DNA of 62,005 bases, counting the filler, from Sluysia triapertura (lineage: Eukaryota): the NCBI GenBank assembly GCA_046118255.1. It is 5 parts of 5 records of this genome, joined end to end, with 100 filler letters (N's around TTAATTAATTAA, not from the genome) between each part and the next. Parts side by side here need not be neighbours in the genome. Positions count along the whole stretch, not along the records: positions 10,983 to 23,962 come from JBJNIA010067399.1; positions 24,063 to 37,900 come from JBJNIA010011541.1; 3 more parts are not named here. One strand, given 5' to 3'. Positions 14,520 to 27,700 of this stretch are shown here, one piece after another. Every line of letters begins with the position of its first letter. The stretch's first letter is position 1. The position numbers and the translations under genes were made by a program. The notes beneath the pieces were generated by a model. It was given only the letters and a program-made list of their open reading frames with translations, did no database searches and was not told the DNA's origin.

Positions 14520-15645
14520 TAAGTGAGTTGAGTGGAAATTATTAAATTGTTATTGAATTACTGGGTAGCATAAGCATATATTATCAAGTAATTGGTAAGG
14601 TAGTTCATACGTATGATATGATCGTCAAGACATTAATCTTTAAGTGTATTTTAGAAATAATTCTTATTAAAGTGATATCATTATCAGAAGTGCTTAGATT
14701 TACTATTTCATTTAATATCATTAAGTCTAGTAACAATAGATTTACTTTGTTAATTATTATTTTACTTAGTTCAATTTTTGGTACCAGCCTCTGGCTCCGA
14801 TTTATTTCAGTCTGAATACCTGGTATTTGATACTTGACTTGATTGAGATTAAATTTTATTTCGATAATATTTTTTAACTTTGCTATAATTTACAAGTTCT
14901 GGACCGAGTATTAATGAGGGATAATAAAATATAAACAATTGAAAAATTATATATTTTTTTACCTAAAACATCACTGTAACTTCCAAATGTTTGAAAACTT
15001 TAATTTAATAAAATATAAAGACAGTAAAGGTCAGATCCATCTATTTCACGAAAAATCACACTGTGCATTTGGTGTAGCAATTGTAATTGATATATGAATT
15101 GTGGCAGGAAAACCTGTCATACATTTTCTGCTTGTCGAATTTATGCAGCAAAAATATTTTTGGTAGCAAATTTCTGATTTACTTAAAACTTTCATGGATA
15201 AGACATCGTCATAAAATGGTTATACGTGAATTAACTATCGCTGGATACTTTATCCCATATTGTCCACTTAATTTTTCAAAGAATGTTTTCGCATATACAT
15301 ATATTTCAAACATTCGTTCATCAAATAACATGTAACCCATAAGTTGAGAAACAAAATCATCTTCAATTATCAAATATTTATTTAAATTTTAAAAGATTCA
15401 GATATTATATGTTTTTCTACATTTGTTTGACCTTGAATTAGTTTAAGAAAATATCTTAGAGTATTAATAGTCATCATCCTCTTAACATGCATAAATATAA
15501 CATCAACAAAGATCAAAATTAGTTTTATGGCATTTAATTTCACGAAAAGACGTAGCCCGTTTTTCTTGCATACTATGCAAATCACTGTCATTTATATAAA
15601 TTTAAAAAAAGTTTCATCGTATGATTTAAATTAAAACATACATCT
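14520..15645 (-). pseudogene. Decayed ORF(s) of unknown family inside the GPCR intron, next to a piggyBac-like end
   Basis: Coding-like stretches such as KYLIIEDDFVSQLMGYMLFDERMFEIYVYAKTFFEKLSGQYGIKYPAIV are broken by stops and frameshifts. Confidence 0.4.
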
Positions 15646-16055
15646 GAAAATGATTCTGAGTATGATATTTAGAGTCTCGAACAATCTTTATTCATGTGAA
15701 ATATTTATGATTTAAAGAAAAGAAATGATTTCTAACATACCATATTTAGCATAAAATGCTTAATAAATTTTTTGAGACAATTTAGTTTGTCTAATTTAAA
15801 TTTTTTGTCATTTTATTGGACAGTTAATTTTTGTTAATTTCCATTTGCTAACTTTTAATTTGAATTTTCTAAATTTTTATCCAACTATTCTTTCGAATCT
15901 ACTTACTTTTTATTGGCCAATAACAGAAATTTACAATTTATGCATTTAACGTGTTACTTAATACATTCTTTGCGGAAAAGAAATTTTCTGCACGTTCTGC
16001 ACTTAATATACTTTATTAATAAATATGTGAAGAAATTTTCAGTATTATAAAATAG

Positions 16056-16087
16056 CGTCTCAGAATGTGTTAACCCTTGTACTATCT
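16056..16087. mobile_element. Two back-to-back piggyBac-type termini sharing one TTAA
   Basis: CGTCTCAGAATGTG-TTAA-CCCTTGTAC reads TTAACACATTCTGAGACG on the minus strand and TTAACCCTT on the plus strand. Confidence 0.45.
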
Positions 16088-18882
16088 GTAATACACAGAT
16101 TATTTCACAACTTTTTGTAACTCTGATTAATTCCTTTATTATTATTACTAATATTATTATATTATAACATCGTTATCCGTCAAAAGTCTTTCTTTATATT
16201 TAATTCTTTAATTTCCACATGAACTTGCATAAAATACAACATATTAAGTATTTATAAATAAGATACGGTTACATTTCAAACTACAGATACAATTAACGGA
16301 ACTATTAAATAATATGCATAAAGTTTCGTAATTAGTGATGTCGAATGAATTTTCTAAGTTGAAATACAGACTATCAAGAAGCTCATGCAGTGAATTTTGA
16401 TAATGTGCACACAGTCATTATATATATATACGCATAATGTGGCGCACAACAAACTTAAAAAATATCACATGCATGTCATCATAACAATCAATGTGCATAA
16501 TTAAAATAATTGTCATTATGCGAAATATTTGTCAAAATATTATATACAATTATATACATCAAATTATATACAAAACCATCAATTATATACAATCAAATCA
16601 AGAAAAATTGTATTCTCCAACTACAATGACAAGAGGTAATGGCTAAAGAAAAATCAAAGTTTAGCTTGTGAACACTATTTTCTTAATAATGAGCCTGATT
16701 ATGATTTTGATGATGAACTTTTATGACCGATTTTTTAGTAAATGTATTTGTTATTTTTTTCTTACCGTTTAAGTTTTTAATATTAGTAAATTAACACACT
16801 AATACTGTACACTTTTACTAATACTATCGTTTTCACAAGCGTTTAAGATTCGTGATTATACATTAAGAATGTGAAGAAAATTGTTTATTATTCTATAAGT
16901 CTAACCATAGTCTTAAATATATAGGTTTCGTGATGCTGATGATTTTCTGTTATTATTTACTAATATTTAATAACGGTTGACAAAAACATTATATATTTGA
17001 GTACGTACACTACAATAAGCACAGAAAATTCGCAAGAATAACTACGGTAATCATAGAACCGTAATCATATGATAGGAGATCATAACAGTTTCATATAAAG
17101 TGTCATACACCTCACTTTTTTTATTAATTGACCATTAACTGATTACTCGTACAAATACAAATACCATCAGTTCCGTGCATATACAAATACAATAAGCTCC
17201 ATGCACATAAATAAATCTATAAAAACTATAAAAAATTCTTTTCAAATTAAGACCAAATCCAAATTTAATATAATACTCATTCTAACCAATAAAAGACTCA
17301 ACCAATCAATTCAAATTAAGCGCGTGTAAGTAAATCAGTAAACAAGTTAAGCCCCAACATTTCTATTTACTTCATTTGATAAAATTCAATTATAGAATTT
17401 TTTTATTGACTATCATCATTTTTAATGAAAAAAGAAAAATAAAATAATCAGATATAAGTACAAATAAAAGTACAAATGAAGTGAAATGAACTATTTTAGT
17501 GAGCACTAAGAATTATAATAATTTTTTTGTTTTAATAATAAGAACTATGGTAAATTTGCTTTTAAAAAGAGAAAATAATTTAGTGTAATAAATTTAAGAA
17601 TTATTTTCATAGTTTTGATAGTAGCTGGGTAAATAAATATGATACTATCAAAATAATAGTATTAAATCCTAATCTAAGAATATGTAAAATAAAATTCCAT
17701 ATTATAACTCAGATAAATCATTTTAAAAGTTAAATTGTCGATTTGCAACTTGTTAAAAAATGAACAGACATTTTGTTCGAAAAAATTGTATCGAAAATTA
17801 ATTATTAGTTCATACACATGTGAGTAAAGTTTATTTTGCTTATATTTTATTATTTTTTCTGTATATTTTCTTACAGCACATTCTTCAAAAGTTACTGATT
17901 GTAAATAATCCGATTTTGATTTTTAATTTGCTAACTGAAAGAAAAAATTATAAATTTATTTCAAAAGCTTACTAATTTTAAAAAATGAAATAATAAGGTT
18001 ACATTTTTTAACGTTCACATTTTAATTTAAAATAAAATAAATTGCATCATATATTTAGCAAATTCTATTTCACATTACGCATTTACAAAATTAAAAGATC
18101 TAGAATAAAGTTCTTTCAGTTATTATTAGAAATATTTCTTGTCAATATGCATTAATTCAATAGAAGATTCAAATTTCTGATATCTTAAGAACTTCTTTAA
18201 GTGAACATCCAATTTTACACTAATCCAGTCGAATGTAAGCCATATATTGACAAAAAAAACAAATTTGTAACAATTTTTAACAGATGTATTTGTGTAATTT
18301 TTGTTTTTGTTTATCTCCTATTTCAATCTACGTGACAACTTTATTCCACTTTTAAACTTCTTAGTTTCATACGATTTAAACAAATTTCGAATTTTGATTA
18401 TTATGTTTATTAATAAATAATGTATAAAAGTATTGTTTTATATTTTAATTACATACCATATTTCTATTTAGCATTTATTTTTGAACATTACAACTTAATT
18501 GTAATTTTAATGTTGCAAATAATTTTATGAATAATTAAGTATGAAAAAATGAAAACAAAATTTTAGAGTTTATTTTCATTTGCAATTTATTTTTTTTTCA
18601 TTACGATCAGAAACTGAAAGTTTTACTAAATTGTATTATAACTTTGTTTTTAGTTTTTATTATCTTTTAATTTTAAAATTTTTGTTAATTTTTTTAATTA
18701 TTTTTAAAATAAAACCAGCTGAAAATTTTATAACAATAAAATACTTTTTACTGATTGTATGCTATATTATTATTGATATTAAAAAATCATTTAAAACAGT
18801 GTATGCACATAATAATAATAATTATTATTATTATCATTATTATTATTATTATTATTATAAAATTTTTCATTTTTATTGCAAG

Positions 18883-18968
18883 GTAAACTGTGTATTATTT
18901 GCCAAGTTGACATTTTCAATTTACTCCAAGGTCAATTCATACATATCACGTGAACAGCAAAAATACAA
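18883..18968 (+). CDS. Class B1 GPCR, TM5-ICL3 exon
   Basis: Boundaries ttgcaag| and |gtttgt, phase 0 to 2, compatible with the previous exon. VNCVLFAKLTFSIYSKVNSYISREQQKYK parallels the family B segment (V/I)NF..F..I...L..KL.....E..QY(R/K). Confidence 0.75.
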
Positions 18969-19561
18969 GTTTGTCAAATTATTTTAAACTATGTAGATGA
19001 ATTTTGTTTTTAATTTAATAATAATAATTATTATTATTATCATTAATATTATTATGTGAAATAAATTTTATAATGTAAAATAAAATAATAATAATTTAAA
19101 ATAACATATTAATTAAAATGACATCTTTCATAAATAAAATAAAATAAAATATTTCTATTACAATATAAGACTGGCTATATATTTTCTTTATTAAAATTTG
19201 GCTTGTGTTTTTTACATTTTATTTCCTTAATTTTTTCAAAACGGAATCCATTTCTTGCGATATTTCTTTTCCATTTTCAGGTTTTTAAGTTTTTCCACGA
19301 AACTACTGAAAATTCAAAATGTCTTTTTATAAAGATTTTAATTAAATTAATTAAACATGAAATTAATTTTTAATTTTAAGTTTTAATCTTAATTCTTACA
19401 ATAATTAAATATAGTTAAATTGAAATCATGTTTGAATTCACAATTTACAACATGTAGTTAACACATTTGCATAATTTGGTATTAGTTTATTTTATTAAAA
19501 ATTAAAATGAGTTTTAATAACACAATTTATTTAAATCTATTTTTAATTTTGCATATTTATC

Positions 19562-19590
19562 AGGGTGCACGTTCAGCGCACCTTCACTAG
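19562..19590 (+). mobile_element. Possible Helitron 3' end
   Basis: GC-rich hairpin GGTGCAC-GTTCA-GCGCACC followed by ttcaCTAG in AT-rich context; the base after CTAG is C rather than the usual T. Confidence 0.35.
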
Positions 19591-19600
19591 CGCATGTTTA

Positions 19601-19660
<60 letters not shown>
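19601..19660 (+). repeat. (AAT)n microsatellite
   Basis: About 19 AAT units. Confidence 0.95.
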
Positions 19661-19661
<1 letters not shown>

Positions 19662-20348
19662 TAACATAAATTAATGAAAATAATAATCTTTATAACACCG
19701 TACCTATAAATAAAATGTAGAAATTTATTTTTATTTGTTACTATAAAAAGAATTGTGTCTTATAAAAATATTAAAATTTACGACAATCAATCCAATTAAT
19801 AATAACTCATTAGTGCTTGCAAACATTCTGAAAAACGGCGAAAATATCACTATAATTATTCGCTTTATGTAAGTTTTATTTATATAAGTTTCTGCCTTCG
19901 TCAGTAAAGGTTAATATCATAAATAATTTGCAAGTAACTTTGCAGGTAGATTAAACTACCTTTAAAATCATTAAAAAAATATTAATGATTATAATATTAT
20001 AACTTTTAAAAGTTACTATAATCTTACAATAATCGCAATAATAATAACTATTGTCATAATAATACTAAATTGTTATAATAATTCCGTAATTATTGTTATA
20101 ACCAAAGTTGTTACTGTTGTAACTATTATTATTATTATCGTTGTTACAATTTTTGATTTTTCTTTTTTTGTATGCATGTATCCTTATCCTATTATGCATA
20201 ATTATTTCCAGCTTTGTTTTATTTCGTCTCACAATTTATCTATTCTTTTCCGTCAAACAATCCAAATAATTACTTGGTTTCAAAAGGTTTCGTTAATACT
20301 GATAAATTCAAGAAAATGAATCAATAATTCTAATTTTGCCTTTTTTAG

Positions 20349-21090
20349 ATGAAATTTTCAAGGACTATTAAGTATACTTTTGAAGAAAATGATATTATTC
20401 AATATGATTGGCCGAGAATTTTAGATGATGATGGTCGTAGGAGTATGTTAACAGAATTAAGTTTATAAGAGAAATTAAAGATTATAATTACTATGCCCAG
20501 GAAAAATGTGTATATATAGAATTTATTAATGTTAAAGATAAAGCTATTATACAAAATGTATTATTAACATTGTTTCCTCCGAAAATTTATTACATTAATG
20601 ATTAATATTATCATTTGCCATTGTCAACATGTTCAAATTTCCCATTAGCATATTAGTTAATCACGTGGAATACTCTAGTAAGCAAAATTTATGATCAATA
20701 CGTCGTGAATTATTTATTGATTTATTTATTAAATTAATTCGACAAATTTCAGTCCAATGTCCTGAACATGGTATTTAGTGAATTTGAATGATGATAATGA
20801 CAAATGTAATAATTTATTAGTAGGCTAAAAGACATCTGAAATAGTTCAAAAAATTCGACAAATTGAAGAGCAATTAAAACAACTGAAAAGTGAAAAAAAT
20901 ATAGTGAAGTTAAAAAATAATTCTATAATTAATGTATTAAAACACAATAAAGCCGAAGCTCAGAAATTAATCAGTGCTAATGCAAATATTAAGCAACAAT
21001 AATCAAGTATACCTGAAATTACGCGCAAGATTATTCTTACTAGTTAATATATGGGCTTTATATTAGATTACATGAAAAAGATAATCTAAT
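20349..21090 (+). pseudogene. Decayed ORF of unknown family
   Basis: MKFSRTIKYTFEENDIIQYDWPRILDDDGRRSMLTELSL*... followed by a coiled-coil-like EIVQKIRQIEEQLKQLKSEK; multiple stops and frameshifts. Confidence 0.4.
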
Positions 21091-21378
21091 TTTATTTAAA
21101 AATATTTTGCTAAAAATAGTAGTTATAATAATGATAATAATAGTTATTATTACTAATTAATTAAATATTATGGTATATAGTATTCATTAAATTAGACAGA
21201 ATTGAAGTAATAATTATCATCGAGAAATATGTCATATGTAATTCATAACATTTGAGCTTGATCAATAAAAAATATTTAAAAAATCACTACTAAAATGATT
21301 AAGGCTAAAAATGTTGCTCTAAATAAAATAAATGAATGATTCAAAATTATTATACTATCAACGGTTTCTATTGCTTAC

Positions 21379-22457
21379 CGCTTTACATTTGGTCTGTTAT
21401 AAACACTTATACGAAATTTAAAGCAGTTTATTATATCTGTAAGAAAAAGAGAAACAATAAAAGAAGTTATAAGAATTATTATTATTATCTATCAAAATTA
21501 ACATACCACTGACCATTGAAGCACATCATCCACTAAAATCTAACTTTGTATGTATGCCTGTATTTTACGATTTTGTTCTGTTTTTATTGTTATTGAATAA
21601 AAGTAATTTCCTCTATTTAGTTAATTTGTTAATCTTTGTTAAAAGCATTAAGCCTAAAGTTTTTCTTTATAAAGTTGAATTAATTTTTAAAAATTTCAAA
21701 ATAACAATGGTTAAAATTTGGACTAACATTCTTATAAAATTAAAACATTATAATTTGTTCGAAATTAGAAAAATTATTGTAACATATTGTAATCTTTTAA
21801 ATAAATTAAAATAATTAAACAATAAAATGCCCTTCGTAATGTCAATATCATGTAGAGAATTTAGTATATTTACTTTATTCAATAAGTAAAGAATAATAAA
21901 GAAATAAAATAATAACCCGAAAACTTAATTTGTACAAATAAGCCAAAGATAATTGCAAAGGTAATATCTTAAAATAGTTGAAACGAACAGAGATTAATAA
22001 TAGTTCTACCATTATATAATAAGCGAAAAAATTAGAAATGAATTGTGAAATAACATAAGTACCCTCAGACCTTTCTTGATATAATTAATCAAAAATTCCT
22101 ATATGGATGCCTTCCAGGGGATATAAAACATTTACTATAAGCGGATATTTATTATTATTTCTGATATAAATTATTCATATCACATCTATTTTACTAATGT
22201 TAATACTAGTAAATCTTTATGATTTTAAAAATTAACCCATTGTAATGTTTCCAGAAACTTATTTTTGATGTTGTTATCTTCCCAAGTAAATTCATATCCA
22301 ACATATTTTGGCATATTTTCTTTTTGTTATTATGAAGGTTTGATCGTGTTCATACTACACTATGGATTATTGGAAACATTGCATCAGATAATGTTAAAAA
22401 GTCACGAAAAATTAATAGCTACATGAAATTCAACTGATGTCAATAATTATGATGAAC
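21379..22457 (-). pseudogene. Multi-exon spliced pseudogene with phase-compatible exons and in-frame stops
   Basis: Candidate exons at ~22457-22238, ~22160-22063, ~21653-21507 and 21436-21379 have GT-AG ends (e.g. ttcttacag|AT...AAGCG|gtaagc) that join in phase, but contain TAA/TAG/TGA. Confidence 0.4.
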
Positions 22458-23962
22458 CTACAAAGATTAAAATTGTTTTTGTCATATATTTTTTAAGAAT
22501 ATAAAACTATTCAAAATTCAATCTCAGAAATAGTAATAGTCTATTATTTTTAATATAAAACCCAAACGACTTATGACCTATCAGCCATGGCGTAAATGAT
22601 AATAAAATGAATAAGAAATGTTTTGTAAAATTAAAAATTATATTAAAACCATTAATTACTTAAATAAAAACATAATCAAACTTTTATTAATATTTAATTT
22701 AATAAATTTATACGTATTTTAATCAAAGCTTAATATTTTTATAGAGTTTTGTGTATAATTTTAATAGGACTATTTTATAACTTGCTAATAAATGCAAAAT
22801 TATAATTAAATATGATTTACTACTAATATATTTTATTCCAAAAAGTCATTAATTAATTAAATTCTTACAAAAAAGAATGCTGATTAAATATTTTTATAGA
22901 AATTTCAAATTTATACATAAATTTATATATATATTTTGGCAAATGAATGGAATAAATCAAAGCATTTGTTATTTTATTTATTTGATACCAAGACAAAAAG
23001 GATTATCAATAAGGTTATTATTAATAATTGATTTTCACGTTAATTTCAATATACTTCATACTTGTGTTGAGAATTATGATTGTTTCAAAATGCACCACAG
23101 TCGTTTATATCCTTACACTTTGATTTTTATTTAATTATGATGCTTAAGTTATAACAATAACTTCTAAAAATAGAAGTATCACTTTAAACGTTACTCTAAG
23201 ATGTTATTATATGTATGCACAAATCGACAAATCTTACTGAAAGTCTAATTAAAATGAAAAAGAATAAAATGTATAATCAAACTTTTTCAACAATAACAGT
23301 GTATAATTAGTTATATTCAGACAAAACTAATTCTAATATCCATTAAGACAATAAATTGTCGCAGAAAATTAGAATAAATATAAAACACATATCTAGATGA
23401 TATGATCAATAAATATTATCATGAGTACAATATTGATAAAAATTCAAAGTAACTTATTACAGTCAGTAACCAGATAAAAATATAAATCCATTAATTATAT
23501 AATAAATAATAAATTCAAATAATTTCTAACACTTAAGACGCCACAATGTTCACTCTTCTTAAACACAATTTTTGTCAGAACTTAAGAATTAGAATATATG
23601 CAATAATACATTTGTATTATAAAATATAAAACAGAAATTTATTAATGTCTGATAAAAACAAAACAGTCAATTTAATGTAAATAAATAAATATGAAATTGT
23701 AATTAAAAAATAATTGTGAAAAGCAACAAATAAATAGTTATAACAAAAATTTATGTAAACATTATTATAGTTGAAAAAAATATAGAAAGTAACGCTTAAA
23801 ACAAAGTTTACACTGATTTTCTATTTAATTATTAAAAGTTGCTGGTTGAGAATTTCTAAAATAAAAATTCAATAATCGTTCGTTTATGCGAAAATATAAT
23901 TCGGTTTTTTATATTAATTATGATTATTTATATAATAATAATAGCGAAACATATAAGAGATC

Positions 23963-24062
23963 NNNNNNNNNNNNNNNNNNNNNNNNNNNNNNNNNNNNNN
24001 NNNNNNTTAATTAATTAANNNNNNNNNNNNNNNNNNNNNNNNNNNNNNNNNNNNNNNNNNNN
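23963..24062. other. Assembly gap with linker
   Basis: N-run with TTAATTAATTAA. Confidence 0.98.
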
Positions 24063-26278
24063 TATATATATTAATTTTCTTCCATAACATTGATTTTCCC
24101 ACATTTTTTATTTATGCAGTAACGTTTACATTAAAATGCTCAATATAAAGTGAGTTCACCTACGATCCTAGTCCGTAGGATTTTAATAGTAACGTAAACT
24201 ACTGGATGTAATTAATTTTATTATTTTACGTTCATGTTGTATACTAATTTAGATCTAATTTATACTTAATTCTTAACTATGAAATTGAAAGTTATTTTAT
24301 CTAGGTCAGTTTTATAAAGGTTTCGTGTTAAATGAAATCTTAATCAAATTTAATTGCTGACTTAAAATTCTCAATATTCAATTTTATCTGGTTCTTTCTT
24401 AAATAGATAATTTGTCAAATCGTGATTTTTTCGATTTCTTATTAAATGGAATTGTTTTAAAATTAATATGTTGCATTGGTTCTCTAATTAAACAGAACCA
24501 TTAGGAGTTTTTCAAAACAATCAAGTTTTGTTTCAAGTTCTTTAAAATGAAAGAACGAAACGATTTTAACTTCAACTCAATAAATTTATATTGAATTATG
24601 ATTATTTTACTGCGGTTTCCTATTTATAATGTTTATAATTTTTAAATTTGGTATATTCGTAATTAAAATTTAAATTCACAACTAAATGAAACTTAAGATT
24701 TATTGAGGAAATTTTACAGAAATAATTACAAAGTACAATATAAGAAAAATTTCTTCGGATGTATCTATATAAATGTATTAATAGAATGTTATTAGGTTAT
24801 TCTTTTTTGAATAATCTTGAATTATTTTAAGAATTTAAAATTGATTTTATTCGGTTATCATGTTAAAAGATAATCCTTAATACAATAGATGTTAAATATA
24901 TTTTAAAAAACAATATTAAAAATTGTTAAACTCTTATTAATTAAAAACTAACGATAAATTGTTATAATCTCCGCAAATGATAAATAGAAATTGTTAAATA
25001 TAGACACAGTACATCTTCGTAATTGTAAACTTGAAAAAATCAATTGTAGAGATACAGTTCAACACTTATAAGTTAACTAATAATCTAGTCAATCATTGCA
25101 ATTAAACACTATTTATATTTGAATATTTGACCTTCATATTGATTTAAACAATATTAAAATAAATTACTGATTTAAACAAATTCTGATTAAGATAAACATA
25201 ATAAGTTAAATATTTTCATAAATAAAAAAATGCTATACAGATCAAGACAAATAAAATATTCACAAATTAATAAAATTAAAATTAAAAACTAATTAATAAA
25301 ATATAATATATTATAAAATAATGTTATTATATTGTTACTGTTAATGTCACGACAATATATATAACAAGTTTTCCTTAGCTTTCTTTTATTTTCTTATGTT
25401 AACTTCTTAAATTAAGTGCATATTTGGACTATTTCACAATTAAGCTACTCTTTTTGAGCTGGAGATTATTTATGCTTAATTTAAAATTGTTTCAGATTTA
25501 ATTTAAAGCATAATTTTATTTTATTTTATTTACTTTATTTAAAAAATTTATCAATGTATAAATTATCATTTTTGTGCTAAATTAATTTTCATACGAATAA
25601 TTCAAACATTCCCTTCAATTATGTAAAATACTTTCAATTACAATACGTACATAAATTATGTCGATGACATAATTATAAATTATTTTCGCCATAATTTTTC
25701 AAATTTACTTCTTCACCATCATCATCACTCAAGAATAATTTGATAATATTTATACTACAATAATACAGTAATATCTCATTTCGCATAGTTAATTTAGTAT
25801 AGTTAAAAATAAGAAATTTTTATTAATTTTCTACTTTAATGGAATTACATTAAATTAAAATAAAATGAAATAAATTATTTTAAAATTATTTAATAAAATA
25901 TGCAAGTAGTTTTTTCTTTTAAAAATGATTCCAGCAGTTTCGTCTGTTTATTCTACATACGAATGGCAGTGACAATGTAAGGTACTATTGATTCCAGTTA
26001 AAATCCATACGTTGGTGCTTCATACAAGTAATTTTGGTCTTTAACTAACTTCATCTATGTTAATGAAATTGTGGAATCTATCTTATTAATTCTTAATTAA
26101 TTCTAAATTGTTGGATAAATTTAATTTTTTATATTTAGTTGGGACGCGTTAAAAAATTGATCATCATTAATTAATTTACCATTTTAACTCAAACACTGCT
26201 AAATCAAGGATCGATTTATTTATAATTAGAAAATAAAATAAATAATAAGCTTTATTTTAATTTGTTTTTTAATTTTAG

Positions 26279-26446
26279 TTAATAAACAAAAAAGATGTAA
26301 AAGGTTTCGGTGGAGATATGAATATGGATTACGATTCAGATGATAATATTCGGCCTGATTTTGATTCAACTATGCCCACTTTGGATCCTTTTGTGCCGAC
26401 TAATTTACATACTGAATTACAATCAAATATCAACATAAATAAAAGT
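26279..26446 (+). CDS. Internal exon of an unidentified gene
   Basis: Boundaries ttttag| and |gttcgt, 168 nt, phase 0-0, open: LINKKDVKGFGGDMNMDYDSDDNIRPDFDSTMPTLDPFVPTNLHTELQSNININKS. GC is raised relative to the flanks and an (AAT)n tract follows. Confidence 0.55.
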
Positions 26447-26487
26447 GTTCGTCTTTGTTTATTATTATGTTTTAAATTAACCTTGGA

Positions 26488-26535
<48 letters not shown>

Positions 26536-27329
26536 AATAATAAATAATATTATATATAATAAAACTTTATTATTTGTGTAAATAGATATCTTGATTTTTC
26601 TTGTATTAAATATTGCAATGGAAAAGTTGTAACTTATAATTTGTAAAATGAGTCGCCAGCATAATTGAAGATTATAACCTTAGAAAAAAGACAATTATAA
26701 ATACCACTTGTATTACAAAGTAACTTAGTAGTTTTAAGCTTAAGCCGATAGTTTATTAATGTCTTAGTTTCCGTTTCTCGTCTTATTAAGATATCAACGA
26801 AATAAGGTACTAGTGCAAGATTATTTACTGTATATTTTTTAATCTCACCCAAATTTGATTATTTCACTGATTGAACACAGTTAATATTCACTTCAAATAC
26901 AATGCAATTTTTTTAAATAAGTGAAAAATTAAGTAATATTAAAATTCAAACATAGAGATAAGTATATAAACATTTAGAGGTGGTAATTTTAATTATAAGA
27001 TTACAATCTTTCATTTTGTCTCTGTAGATATTTTCCATTTAACATTCTTTTGCTGCGAAATGCTAAGACAAAATTACAAAAAATTAATGTAACGTATTCT
27101 TCAATTGCAATATTAGAGAAAAAGTCACAACAGATGAAATGTACGTGAAGTAGAAGACTTTGAGGTTACCAATTTAAAAATATTACGACAGTATAACATT
27201 TAAAGGCTACCATGAGAGAAAAATTATTTTAATCAGTTATGATACATTTCATATGAAAATAATGTTACCAGTTTTTTATGGGGTTTGCAATTTCTAAGAA
27301 AAAAGACTAAAAAGTGTCGTAAGAAAATA

Positions 27330-27700
27330 TGCTTTGATTTGGTTAAAAATTAAAGAAAAAGAGATTACAGATTCTCAAATATTTGATTGAATTCCACAAT
27401 AATATAAGACTTTTTGAAATATTTGTTAGTAGTGTCGAAACGTTAGTATATTATCAGAAAAAAGTGAAAAGAATGGTCAGGTAAAGAAGAGATTGGTCAG
27501 CCATTCATTAAGAAGTTAGATTCGAACACAAGTTTTATTTTGTATTTGGTAAAATCTTGAAAGTATAGTTCAGTTCGATTTGATTCCTGATGATCAATCA
27601 GATTAGTTCAGCTTTGAGTTCTTCGGAGTATTAATTGTTTCCTTCAATGGCATCTGAATAGTGACAATAATGTAAAAAATATCGGAGGACTTTTTAGTTT
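27330..27700 (+). mobile_element. Degenerate mariner-type transposase remnant
   Basis: QVLFCIW*NLESIVQFDLIPDDQ resembles mariner KVMLCIWWD..GIV.FELLP...; SSSEY*LFPSMA resembles APSDYHLF.SM. Confidence 0.55.

Noticed and set aside
25937-26028. Two mini-exons separated by a 21-nt intron
   Set aside because: No family match and several equally plausible frames; cannot be supported.
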